DNA of 64,000 nt from Octopus vulgaris (GCA_951406725.2 OX597837.1:1116001-1180000); one strand, 5' to 3'; counted from the stretch's first letter, positions 12,224 to 24,935 are shown. The notes: generated by a model from the letters alone, not told the origin. A program made the numbers and translations.

Positions 12224-13064
12224 CTGTCAGTGTATTGTTAGAGACATAGATGGACAGATAGTGGGAAACATGAATATCGATGAAGAGGAGAGACGAAAGA
12301 AAAATGTGCCGACAATAAGACAGAGAGACATAGAAACGGACCAACCGGCCGACAGTCGTACAGACGAACATTTGAGATAGATATTGTAGAAGCCATAAAT
12401 TAAATTAGCAATAAACCGTCTAGTTTATTGAGTAACACACGCATATGGGATATAAAGAAAAAGTATATCACCTCACACATTCACACACACTCTGTCTCAT
12501 GGAAACATACTAAGCACATATCTACACAAACGCGTGTGCGCGTGTAGACACACACACACACACACGTTCATACGTATTTTCAAGATGGCACAAACACATG
12601 TAACAACGCGTTTGTCTTGCATGAAATAATACACGCAGACACACACACACACACACACACTGGAAAATAAACATGTGTGTGAATAGACATATAAACAGTG
12701 GGGGGGGGGGGGTGGATAAAAATCTAATACAATCAACAAACACCAGAGCAAATTACAATGAAAACAAAAAAAGAACAAAAAATTAACGTCGCCATCTTAA
12801 TGGCTGCTAGTGTCGCTGGAGTTGGGTGTTACGTTGCTCAGATATCTTCAAGTTTGAAAGCCGAAACTTTGAATGGTAGCATATCAATGGGTGAGTGTAC
12901 GTGCGTGTGTATGTGTGTGTGTGTGTGTGCGTGTGTGTGTGTGTACGTGTGGGTGTATATACAATATACACAGGTCTTTACTTGTATTAGTTTGTACGTG
13001 GGTATACGTATACATACACACGTATGCATATTTGTGTCTATGTGAATTTCCACACGTATGTACT

Positions 13065-13100
<36 letters not shown>

Positions 13101-14031
13101 AAAGACGTGTGTGCACATGAATGCTTATATATATATATATATATATATGCGTCTGTCACTGCATCTTCACAGATACATTCAGCTCCCTGTATGCTCTGTT
13201 TATAGATGTGCACGGATACATGCACGAGTTTCTCTCTATGTAGGTATGTGTATATGCATGCTTGCGTGTCTGGCTGCGTATTTGTAAATATACGTATATG
13301 TGTGTCTGTGTGAGTGTGTGTGTGTATATATACATATATACATATATATACATCTGTGTCTGTGTCTATGTGTGTATATTTGGTTTTGTGTTTGGTTCAA
13401 AGCCTACAATAAATATGACAAATATATTGTCAAGTCAGTCTGGTTGACTTTACGTCGTTCTGAAAGTTTATTATCGGTGAGAGAGAAATAGATGCAGAGG
13501 AAGATAGAAAGCTATGCATGTGTAAATATATATTGATAAATATATATTTTTATATTGCTTACACACGCATGTACATTTATTTGTGTCAGTGTATGAATGG
13601 TTGTATGTATCTAGGATAGGTACGAAGAGATATATTAGGAAAAAGAGAGAGTTTCTGTTATAATGTGTAAAAGACTAAAGCAATCGTGTGTGTGTGTTTG
13701 GCGGGGAACGTTGCGTATGGTTGCTGTGATGTTGTTTGAGTGGTTGGCGTAGATGGGTAATTGCACCAAAAGGGATTGTGCTTGGAGTGAATACACACAC
13801 ACACACACACACACACATATTTATATACATACACATATATGCATGTATATGGGGTGTTAGGGAGAAGAATGTCGGGAGTGTGATGTATGGTAATATGAAG
13901 TTTCGGTCCAACCTCTGGTTTACTTTACCAGAAAAAAAAATACATATATATATAAAAACGCAAAACATAACCAATAAAACACCCCACCCGCCACCTCCCT
14001 ACAAAACAACTAGATCTAACAATTAGTGCAC

Positions 14032-14117
14032 TCTTCTTCTTCTTCTTCTTCTTCTTCTTCTTCTTCTTCTTCTTCTTCTTCTTCTTCTTCTTCTTCTTCT
14101 TCTTCTTCTTCTTCTTC
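14032..14117. repeat. (CTT)n trinucleotide repeat
   Basis: Directly visible. Confidence 0.95.
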
Positions 14118-14323
14118 ATGTATTTTTGTCGTTCTGTACTCTCGTTTCAGGTTTTTATTGTTTGTTTGTTGATGATGATGATAATGGTGATGACGATGAT
14201 GTTATTGCTATTCTGACTGTTACATTAGTGGTTGTTGTTGTTGTTGTTGTTGTTGTTTCATGAGCAGATGTAGTAAATCTTCAGGAAAAGGAAATGATAG
14301 AAAAGAACAACAATGAAAATCCT

Positions 14324-14355
<32 letters not shown>

Positions 14356-14410
14356 TTTAGTAAAAATACCAAAATCAAACAAATATAAACAAACAACAGA
14401 ATCACTTCAA

Positions 14411-14454
<44 letters not shown>

Positions 14455-14749
14455 CAATAACAACAATAATGATAATAATAAAAGGAAATCTGCAACATTA
14501 TGTCGAAATGCAGCTATGTTTAATGAAAAAAATGTCCGTCCCTCACCCAAACCTCAACTTTAAACTCAACAGCATCGCCATCGCCGACCATCGCCTGTAA
14601 GTAAAGTGAAATTATAGGTCGACCGTAGTGCAATCCGTAAAGTGACGGATGAAATGTCTCTTCAGATTTAGTTACTTCCCTTTAATCGACAAAATCTCCA
14701 TAAAATTCTTGGCCTTTTTGTAAGAAATTGGAGCTTAGAAGTATATATA

Positions 14750-15180
14750 ATCTAGGATTTTTGCGTCTTCCTCCAATAAGTCTGACTTTTCTTGTCACCG
14801 CCTCTTCATATTCTTTTAGAGCAGTGCCGATCAGATCTATGTGTTTGGTGATCAACACTATGACAGTGACTTCGTCTGCGTAAGCCGACACGGGTCTCCC
14901 ACGTCCTAGCTTGCATAGGCTGTCTCTCAACGTCTCCAGTTACGGCAGTAGTGGCTGTAGAATCAGAATATACAGAAGAGACGAGAGAAGAAAACCTTGA
15001 CGGATCGAGCGCATGAAGCTGAATGGTTCTGATAGGCAACAATCCACCCGAACTACCGTGCATATGTCGCTGCACATTGCGTCAGTCCAGCCACGGAAGA
15101 CTGGATCAAAACCAGCCGCCGTGAGAACGGCCTCCAAGTATTTGATAATCGACCTTATCGAAGGGTTTTGATTGGTCCAA
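14750..15180 (-). pseudogene. Decayed reverse-transcriptase fragment of an L1/Tx1-like LINE
   Basis: Frameshifted pieces DQSKPFDKVD..., RSIRQGFLLSSLLYILILQPL and AYADEVTVIV correspond to the RT motifs D..KAFD.V, QG.PLSP.L and YADD. Confidence 0.8.
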
Positions 15181-15181
15181 A

Positions 15182-15246
<65 letters not shown>

Positions 15247-15300
15247 TACTACTTCTACTACTACTACTACTACTACTACTACTAATAATAATAATAATAA

Positions 15301-15505
15301 TGATTTCTTTTATTGACCACAAGGGCCCAAGTCATGGAATGATGAGTTACAGCACAAAAATCTCCCAAAACATGTGGGATTAGCATCAATCAAGGAGAGA
15401 TTCTGCCACATGAGAGGATATAACAGAGGATAAATATAATAGAAAAATATATAGAATCCCCAGTAGAAGGGTAGTCCACTTCGGGCAACCTGGGGTAAAC
15501 CCCAG
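15301..15505 (-). mobile_element. 3'UTR/3' end remnant of an L1/Tx1-like LINE
   Basis: Minus-strand end CCCTTGTGGTCAATAAAAGAAATCA + (TTA)n resembles the 3' end of the 36105-37372 element. Confidence 0.5.
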
Positions 15506-15514
15506 TAATAATAA

Positions 15515-15683
15515 TAGTTTCAAATTTTGGCACAAGGCCAGCAATTTCGGGGCAGTGGAATACTCGATTACATTGACCCTAGCATTCAGCTGGTATTTAT
15601 TTTATCGACCTTAGAAAAGAATGAAAGGCAAAGTCAGTCTCAGAAGAATATGACTCAGAATGTGAAGACAGACGAAATGCCGC
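15515..15683 (-). mobile_element. SINE family B, partial
   Basis: GGCACAAGGCC...TCGATTACAT...GAAAGGCAAAGTC...GACGAAATGCCGC, shared with other copies. Confidence 0.75.
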
Positions 15684-15733
15684 TGTGCCGTCGCTGTGCC
15701 GTCGCTGTGCCGTCGCTGTGCCGTCGCTGTGCC
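15683..15733. repeat. 11-bp tandem repeat (GCCGTCGCTGT), ~4.5 copies
   Basis: Directly visible. Confidence 0.9.
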
Positions 15734-17226
15734 TCAGTTAGGTGGGTTGGCAAAAATGTTTAGAGCACCCGAAGAAAACGGAAGTGCCCCTTTCGGTCCC
15801 AGTTTCAAATCCTGCCCCTTTTCGACACCGACCTTCCTTTATTCCTTGTTCCATGAAATAACAGAAAATTACCCTAATTTAGCTTCCTTGGCTACACCAC
15901 GCACTCCGCGCCGACCCCAACCAACCAAAATCTATTGGACATTATTGTTACCATAATTAACTTCATCCTGACCATCATCAATTGTCAGCATCATCATCAG
16001 CATCATCATCATCCAATGTCTCTTCCACATCGTCGTTGTCATCGTCAAACTTTATTGTCATCACTATCATCATCATCATCGCCAATTTCCGCCTCTTATC
16101 ATCATCATTGTCATCGTCATCATCCGACCTCTTTGTTGCCATCGTTGTCGAATGTTATCGCTGTCATCATCATCATCATCATCACCGTCGTCGTCGTTGT
16201 TACCGTTTCATAAACCTGGAAAATTGCTTACTTCCAATAATCATTTTTTGTTATATTTTATAAAGAAAATTAGAAATTTGAATTATAAAATTTCAAATAA
16301 AATGCAGAATAATTAAATAAAATAACACATGAAACACACGAACATAAAAAAAAACCCCAAAAAAACCAGACAAAACACACAAAGAAACACTAACAACATA
16401 AAATGAACACCAAAATAATACCAGAAAAATATGTAGAAAACCTAGAAATAACATGTGAAAGACAACATACATTAAAATAGTAAAAAGAAAATATAAACAA
16501 GTCAAAAGAAACTTAGGCAAGAGCACGTCTTTCCTCTGCCCGCTCCCCAGACCCCCACTCCCAGTGCCTAGCATGAACTATTGGGAAAGAACAACAAAAA
16601 CATACACACAAACTACGATGGAAATTGAATTAAAGTTGCTTTAGTTTGGAATTTCATCTGAACCTAAAACCATAATCAGTCCCCCTCCCCACTTTCTTGC
16701 TCTCCTCCCTTTTCCACTCTACCCCCTCCCCTTATTCCGACTTTATTGTTGTTGTTACTTTTGTGTAGCATTTGTTGTTGTTGTTGTATCCTTTTGTTGT
16801 CGAATTTCTGTCGGTTGCCATTTTCTCGTTCCACTTCTTATTGTTCTCCTCTTGTTATATTAGTTTTTGATGTTGTACAAGACTTGGTGTAAATGCCCAT
16901 TGCTATTTTATTAGCTTCTATATCTTCAGTTGTTGGTGCAATTTTTTTTTATTTCTGTCCACAGAAATAAATAAATAAAGAAAGAAAGGGCACTTGTGTA
17001 CAAATTCTCGCAGCCTGACACCTACGATGTGTATTTTATTTTTTGCATGTGCCTCTCATTACACATAGAATAGAAAAAGAACGCTATTTACTAATTACTC
17101 AGTTGTTTGTAATATATCCACAAGATCTGTAATGTTCGGTTTATCGAATAAATCGAACCTCGTATTGAACTGGTACTATAATTTATGAAACCTAAAAAGA
17201 AGGAAAGTAAATCTGACCTCAGCAGA

Positions 17227-17433
17227 CACGAAGGGGTGATGAACAGTTCCTGGGTAAAAAGAAAATACAAGAGGATCAGTTAATTATGATCTTATTCAGT
17301 TTATTCTCTTCTCAGATAAACACACTTACCCCAGCGATCCTTCAGTTTTTCTAAGCCCTGAAAAAGAACTTGAAATTTTGGACTTCCGACTAGGCCTTTC
17401 GGGATACCAGGAAATTTTTAACACTCCTATGTA
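17227..17433. mobile_element. Mariner-like MITE, copy 1
   Basis: Imperfect TIRs CGAAGGGGTGATGAACAGTTCCTGG / CCAGGAAATTTTTAACACTCCTATG-TA. Internal similarity to 43433-43657. Confidence 0.7.
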
Positions 17434-17835
17434 GTAAAAAAAAATCTGCCAGTCCATCGTCCTTGCTTTGTAATTAATTAGCGCAATGGAGAACTATTGT
17501 AGCAATTCTACGATTCGATTGATCAAATTCAGTGCATTGTGTGATCATATAAAACAGCCAAAATGTAAATGAATGGTTTAGATGTTCGCCTCGAGGCTAA
17601 ACGACCAAAAGTCCGATCACACAGCGTGACATCTTGGTGGAAAGTAATTTTTTATAGAATCGAGTGGAACCCCGCTTTGTAAGATATATAAGGTAGATTG
17701 TATAAGTGCAGAAGTCCTCCAGGTAGATTGTACCCGTTATTGTAAAGGATCAATATTGTGAAACATCATGTCATACTGATTCAGCCTGAAGCTACACGTA
17801 GCTATACGTGTACCTTCAGCTTATAAAAGTACACA

Positions 17836-17880
17836 TTTATTTCTGATGAGTATCAAGAGATTTGAAACCGGTCAAGAATA
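17836..17880 (+). ncRNA. Degenerate minimal hammerhead motif
   Basis: UUU-CUGAUGA-GUAUC(aaga)GAUUU-GAAA-CCGG-UC-AAG, with palindromic CCGG and weak stems I and II. Confidence 0.45.
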
Positions 17881-18394
17881 TTCTATTTTTTCTGTCGACA
17901 GAGAGAGAGAGAGAAATCGTTTATTCATAAATGTCATGACAGTGCGACAGTTCCAGTGTATTACGAGAAAAGTTTGTCATAAGCTATATTACAGATCAAT
18001 AGAGAAGAGAAGACTTAAATTAATGCGAATAATAAATTGCCAACGAAGCATTATGTATGCAAATCTAATTATTCGGTGATGCACATCCATTGTATTTAGG
18101 GACACACGCATACTTGCGTATGTGTGTGCGTTCGTCCAGTCATTATTGAAACGAATGAGTTCTCTACAGGGGGCCATTTGTTAACAATAAACACGATAGT
18201 CTCCTCAACAATTCTACTGAACACCCTTATTGAGTACTCCTTTGAACTGCTTCCGTGTGGACGTATTCCAGCTCACGCATTCGCGCACGTTTGCTCTTGT
18301 TGCTGTTCTTTGGACGCAGGCTTACTTGCTTAAAGAATGTATCAGGAAGAACGATACCTTCCTAACAAACCTGCACGTTTGGTGTATCTTGGAA

Positions 18395-18622
18395 AGTGGT
18401 TCTCTACCAGGGTCCCTATGATCCTTGAAAGTCTACATAAGACTTTAAAGTTTGTGTGTCTTAAATTGGTTGAGCTTCTACATTGCCAAAAAATATTTTG
18501 CCGATATTTCTAATAATACTTAATTATAAAAACATGAAGAATGCTTTTAAACACCGAATGGTCCCCGTGAGTCAAACAGGAATCAGAGGGGTCCACAGGC
18601 AAAAAATGGTTGGGAACCGTTT
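18395..18622. mobile_element. hAT-like MITE remnant
   Basis: AGTGGTTCTCTACCAGGGTCC ... GGGGTCCACAGGCAAAAAATGGTTGGGAACC resemble hAT/Charlie-type ends. Confidence 0.55.
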
Positions 18623-19546
18623 ATCTAAGACTTTATCATCTAATATAGGCATCTGTTTTTAACCCTTTAGAGACGGCGCTCCATTTGGAGTTTCAGGCTC
18701 AAGAAGACGGAACCCTTTTCACGAGCCCTACAGACCACGTGCATTTATTCCCCCCCCCCACAAAAAAGTTATAAAAGTAATTACATATGTAAAACTTTCC
18801 TCCATCATTTCACTTTTCGGTTGATACATCGAGCCTGTCGTCTCCTGATCGGTCCTGTCGTCACCACAGTAACGTTTGAGGAATGTTTGGCTATTCCTTC
18901 CAGCAAATCTAGAGATCACGTTCTATTCGACATGCGCATGCATATTTTTGTACGCGCTATTAAATATGCGTAATGCACACACATATACACACACACGTAA
19001 GTATATGTATGCGCGCGCACGCACACATTCAGCCATGTTTTCTACGTCCCACATTATCTCACAATCTCAATCGTTTGTCTTTCTTTTGAGATATTCATCA
19101 TTGTGTTTATGTTTCTATGCAAGTGTATTGGAGCGTGGGTATGAGAGTGGCTGTAGTAGGATTTCAATCGATATAGGTACGTAAAAACATACGTACAAAC
19201 ACACACACACACACATATTTAGACAGATACGTACACATACAGATACATGCGAACATATAGGCGTTGGCATAGTGCTACGCGCATATACATATATATATAT
19301 ATATATGTATACATATACATGCACATGTACACGTACATACATACATACATACATACACGCATATATATATATGCACACACATACACGAGCATATTTATAT
19401 AAATATACATAAACACGCTCATGTATTCTATCCTAGTGTTTCTTCCCTAAAAAACTCGTATATATACACACATTTAAATGCGTGTGTAAGGAATACATAC
19501 ATACATACAGACAGACAGACAGACATATATATATATATATATATTC

Positions 19547-19577
<31 letters not shown>

Positions 19578-19626
19578 CATATGTATGTATATAAATGTGA
19601 GTGTGTATAATGAATACACACATATA

Positions 19627-19658
<32 letters not shown>

Positions 19659-19816
19659 TGTATTGTGTGTATATAAATAGATATATAGCTACACAAAGAA
19701 AAATATGAATGCATTCATTGTAACCGCTCAAATGCTGTCCTACGTACATCCATAGACCTGATACACGAATACATACACAACATCAATAAATGAACAAATC
19801 CCTGTCTCTCTCTATT

Positions 19817-19892
<76 letters not shown>

Positions 19893-20193
19893 CGTGCGTG
19901 ATACACCAATCACCACCACCACCACCACCACCACCACCACCACCACAACATCATCACAAACAATCCAACTCTTGATAAGTCAAACGATATGTCGCAGCTG
20001 ATATATTCAATATTTCTTTCCCCGCCGCCACCCACACACACTCCCACCGACGCCCTTTCATACATTCGTTTTCTTTCATTTGTGCTTTGTCGCTGTACTA
20101 TTTTTCGTTTTATTTTTTTATTTATTTATTTCCTACATCACTCTTTCTTGGATTTTATTCTGATTTACTTACCAATTTTCTTTATTTAAGCAC

Positions 20194-20245
<52 letters not shown>

Positions 20246-20248
20246 TTA

Positions 20249-20283
<35 letters not shown>

Positions 20284-20510
20284 ATTGTCGTTGTCGTTGT
20301 TGTTGTTGTTGTTGTTATTATTATTAATGTGTAGGTTTGGGGGAATATTCTGCGATGGACGTGTATTTTCCGAGCTTGTGAGTTCGTAACAAAATGTCCG
20401 TCGAATTTTCTTGTGTGATGTTTGTGAGGATCTGTTACGCGATGGTGGGTCGGTAGGGGTGGGTAATGTACCATTTTATTCCTCCTTTTGGTGATGGGTG
20501 CTGCGAGGGG

Positions 20511-20556
<46 letters not shown>

Positions 20557-20683
20557 TTTATATTTTGTCATCCAATTTTAAAATAAATCCGTTAAATAGG
20601 CCATTCCACATACGATGAGGTAGGACACTAAAATGGCTGAAGTGACATTACGTTGGTTACTACTACTACCACTGCTACTACTA

Positions 20684-20745
<62 letters not shown>

Positions 20746-20779
20746 GCTACTACTACTATTAATAATAATAATAATAATA

Positions 20780-20990
20780 ATTTCTACTATAGGCACAAGG
20801 CCTGAAATGTTGGGGGAGGAGGTTAGTCGATTACATCGACCCCAGTGTATCACTGGTACTTATTTCATCGATCCCGATAGGATCAAATGTAATGCCGACC
20901 CTGGCGGAATGTGAACTCAAAACGTAAAGACGGACGAAATACTGCTGAGCATTTTGCCGGATCTGCTAACGATTCTGCCAGCTCGTTGCT
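20780..20990 (-). mobile_element. SINE family B
   Basis: Full head-to-tail similarity to the 46930 and 57745 copies. Tail runs into (ATT)n. Confidence 0.85.
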
Positions 20991-21001
20991 CTATTATAAT
21001 T

Positions 21002-21043
<42 letters not shown>

Positions 21044-21044
21044 C

Positions 21045-21256
21045 ATCCTCTCTGCTATAGGCACGAGTCCTGGAATTTGTGGGCAGGGGTACTAGTCAAT
21101 TACATCGATCTCAGTGTTTCACTGGTTCTTAATCCATCGACCCCAAAAGGGATGAAAGACAAAGTCGACCTCAGGGGAAGTTGAACTTCGAACGTAAAGA
21201 CGGACGAAATGCAGCTAAGCATTTTGTCCGGCGTGCTAAGAATTTAGCCAGCTCTC
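21045..21256 (-). mobile_element. SINE family B (tandem with previous copy)
   Basis: CGACCCCAAAAGGGATGAAAGACAAAGTCGACCTC...TTGAACT...GACGAAATGCAGCTAAGCATTTTG. Confidence 0.85.
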
Positions 21257-21480
21257 CAAGCGCGAAATTAGAGCGCCAAGCATGGATGCAAAGATTGAAA
21301 ATTCGGTTTGCAACGACAAGGTCTCGGGATCAGTCCCATAGCCTGACATTGTGAGCAAGTATCGTCTGGTGTAGCCTTAGGTCAAGCAAGTCTTTGTTAC
21401 TGTTATTTGGCAATCTCAAACTGTATGGCCCGTCGGGTACCCGATGCGCATATGTATGTTTGTGTGTGTGTGTGTCTGGG
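21255..21480 (+). mobile_element. SINE family A, highly diverged 5' half
   Basis: GGGATCAGTCCCA...GAGCAAGTATCGTCTG...AAACTG...GCCCGTCG + (TG)n. Confidence 0.5.
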
Positions 21481-21585
21481 TCTGTATGATCAAATCGAGC
21501 AATTGAACATTAAAAATAACAGTAACAAAACACGAAGACGTGCACATGCAATGAATTAGTTTGACGTTCGGTAAAAGAGAGAATT

Positions 21586-21618
21586 TTTGACGTTTCTAGC
21601 ATAATTCTTCGTCAGAAA
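21586..21618 (-). ncRNA. Degenerate minimal hammerhead motif, same family
   Basis: Minus strand UUU-CUGACGA-AGAAUUAUGCUA-GAAA-CG-UC-AAA. Stem II is decayed. Confidence 0.45.
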
Positions 21619-21694
21619 GAAAAGTAGAAAATACCAGAGAGGAAAAAAGACCACCAACAAACACGTGTGTAGTTACATTGCATAATGTGTGTAC

Positions 21695-21890
21695 CGTTGG
21701 CGATTTTTTTTCCTCTGTCTTCCCTTCTCTGGATCTTTCCTTCTCCTATGTTTCCGACGAAGAGCTCCGCTCGAAACGTTAAACCCTCCTTCTTTCCTTC
21801 TTTCCTGAGCGTCCAATAATACTATATTTGTTCCACGTCCTCACATTGCTATGTTTTTTTTGTGTTTTCTTGTTTGGATTAACTTTAACT
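21695..21890 (+). mobile_element. Penelope-like pLTR / retrozyme-like repeat carrying the hammerhead motif
   Basis: Homologous to 53225-53357 (TTGGC.AT.TTTTT...CGAAACGTTAAACC..CTTCTTT..TTC..CCTGAGCGTC) and to the inverted copy at 21500-21690. Confidence 0.6.
21750..21784 (+). ncRNA. Minimal hammerhead motif with core mutation (CCGACGA), same family as 53274
   Basis: GUUU-CCGACGA-A-GAGC(ucc)GCUC-GAAA-CG-UU-AAAC. Flanks are homologous to 53225-53357. Confidence 0.55.
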
Positions 21891-21900
21891 ATATATATAT

Positions 21901-22146
21901 ATCACCCTCAAGCAACTCAATCATCATTGAATGACGTTATCCACAATAGGTACATATAGGACTAAATATTAAAATTATCAAAATTAATTATTAATATTGA
22001 TAGTATTAATTTTATTTAGATTATTTTAGTATTAATTTTGAAAATTTTATTAATTTCATTAATTTTCATAATTTTAATATTTAGTCCCTCTATGTACCTA
22101 TTGCGGATAATGTCATTCAATGATGATTGAGTTGCTTGAGGGTGAT
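21901..22146. repeat. Foldback inverted repeat, ~80-bp arms with AT-rich spacer
   Basis: ATCACCCTCAAGCAACTCAATCATCATTGAATGAC... is reverse-complementary to ...GTCATTCAATGATGATTGAGTTGCTTGAGGGTGAT. Confidence 0.9.
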
Positions 22147-22295
22147 TCTGTCTCTTAAATCTATATATATGTATATAATACAGTGAGTAATTCATTTTAG
22201 TGCCACTAAATTGAATTTCTCTACCCTGTGGACTCGGAAATAACTTCCCTAATATTAATATATTAATTATACACACGCACGCACACACAAACACA

Positions 22296-22334
<39 letters not shown>

Positions 22335-22342
22335 ACACATAC

Positions 22343-22407
<65 letters not shown>

Positions 22408-22564
22408 GAATTGCAGGATTCATTCGAATCCAAGTAAATCAACATGTAGGACGTCAGTATTGGCTGGGTACTTATTACTGAGCCTGAAGTTGTTGAAGCC
22501 TTTCATAGTTGTCGTTTCTTGGTAGTATACTGTAAGTACACACACACACACACATATATAAACA

Positions 22565-23068
22565 CACTAGGGGCGACGTAATCGACTAACTCCTCCCCCA
22601 AAGTTTCAGGCTTTGCGTCTTTAGTAGAAAGGATTATTATTATCATTATTATTATGAAGGCGGTGAGCTAATAGGTTCCTTTCAGAATCGGAACAAATGA
22701 TTTGCAGTATTTTTCCTGGCTAATTACATTGTGAATTTAAATCTCCTATCGGGTGGATAAAATCAATACCAGTTGAGTACTAGGGGTCAGTATAGTCAAC
22801 TTAGCGGTTCTCCCTAGAATTGCTGGTCCTGTGCTAGAATTACAAAGGATCATTGTTGTGTTAGCATCCCGGGCAAAATGTTCAGCAGTATTTCGTTTGT
22901 CTGCACGTTCTGGGTTCAAGTTCCGGTGAGGTTGACTTTGCTTTTCATTATTAAGGAGGTTGATAAATTAAGTAACCAGTTGAACACCGCGGTTGATGCA
23001 ATCGAGTAGCACCCTCCCCCACAATTCCTGGCCTTGTGCCAAAATTTCAAACCCATTATTTATTATTA
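22565..23068 (+). mobile_element. Cluster of about three tandem, partial SINE family B copies
   Basis: Repeated GAAGGCGGTGAGCT head / TTCTGGGTTCAAGTTCC / GTTGACTTTGCTTTTCAT / GGCCTTGTGCC + (ATT)n motifs. Confidence 0.7.
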
Positions 23069-23324
23069 TTATTTCTTTTTTGTTGATTTTCTTGCTTTCT
23101 AAAACGTTAAGTATGTCTTTCAATCTACGGACGAAAATTCCTGGAATGCTTGGAAGAAAACGTGCCGAAAACCTCCCATCCCTCTCCCCACACCAAAATC
23201 TCTCCCTCAACACCACAACGCCAATAAAAACAGACACACTAAGAGAAAACAACGGAAATTTAAAAACAACAAATGCGAAAAAATATGAATAATAATAATA
23301 AATATATAAAAATAATATATAAAA

Positions 23325-23376
<52 letters not shown>

Positions 23377-24596
23377 GACAAACATAAGGACAATAAGATG
23401 AGTCAAAATTTATGGAATCTATCTTGCTTCATTCATAATGTTCCGATATCTGCTCTAACCTTCTTGTTTAAAGAATTACATACATACATACATATATATA
23501 TACAATCATACATAGGCACAAATATACATATGCATGCATATGTATATGCGTGCGCGCGCATACACACACACACACATACATAGAAATGCATACATCTACA
23601 CGTGAGCATATACATCTATATGCGTACAGATATCGATATACATACGGTTATATATGTAAGCATATGTATATGCATATATGTATACACATATATACGCTCA
23701 TATATACACGTACATATGTGTACATACATATATGCAAATATATACGTAAACGTACACATATATACATACGGTTTTATATGTGTATTTGTATACACACACA
23801 CACATATTTATATATACACACGTAGATATCACATACGTGAACTCTGTATCCGTGCGTGTGTATGTACGTGAATATATATATATATACACACACATATAGA
23901 TAACACATACACGAACTCTGTGTGTTGTGTATATATACAGACATTCACACTCACGCACGTTACACACTCGCACACATTACACACGCACACACATATTACA
24001 CACACACACACACACACGTTACACACACATACGAGTATGTCTCCCACGAAAATGATTGTGTTCGTCTTGACATGTTGTAAAAACAAAAATCTTGTATAGC
24101 GAAGATGATCAAAGCGAAATCAAACGATACAAATTCCACCGACACCACCACCACCACCGCCACCGCCGCACAAACACAGACGAAAAGAATAAATAAATAA
24201 ATAAACACTAAAACAAAACACAAGCAAAACGTACAACGAAATAAGAAAACTAATGAAGACAAAAAAAACATAAAATAGCTACGACGAAACGAAATCAAAC
24301 GAGACGAAACGAAACAATAACTACCATAGACAACAAAATATTGTATAAGAAATGAAATATATAATATAAAGCAATGAGGCTATGCATGGAAAAAAGGAGA
24401 GAGACGGGTGGAGAGGTGAATAAATATATATGAATAAAAGTATAAATAAATGAATTTATAAAGGAATTTTTGGGGGCTAATATTTGTGTGATTGGTGTTA
24501 TGTCGGTTTTGGGTTTGTATTTATTTCCGATTAAAAAATATATTGTATACACATATCTACGTATGTATGTGCACGTATATATACGTGTGCGTATGT

Positions 24597-24657
<61 letters not shown>

Positions 24658-24808
24658 TATATATACATATACATATATATACACATGCATACATACCATA
24701 CATACGTACATATACATACATGTCATGAACGTATTTATATGTATATATGTATATAAACATATTTGTTCGTATATTCATATACATTTATACACACATATCT
24801 GAGTGCAC

Positions 24809-24858
<50 letters not shown>

Positions 24859-24881
24859 TATATATATATACACACACACAC

Positions 24882-24935
<54 letters not shown>

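Noticed and set aside
22222-22243. TACCCTGT resembling the 5' end of miR-10
   Set aside because: It diverges after 8 nt and I see no complementary arm.
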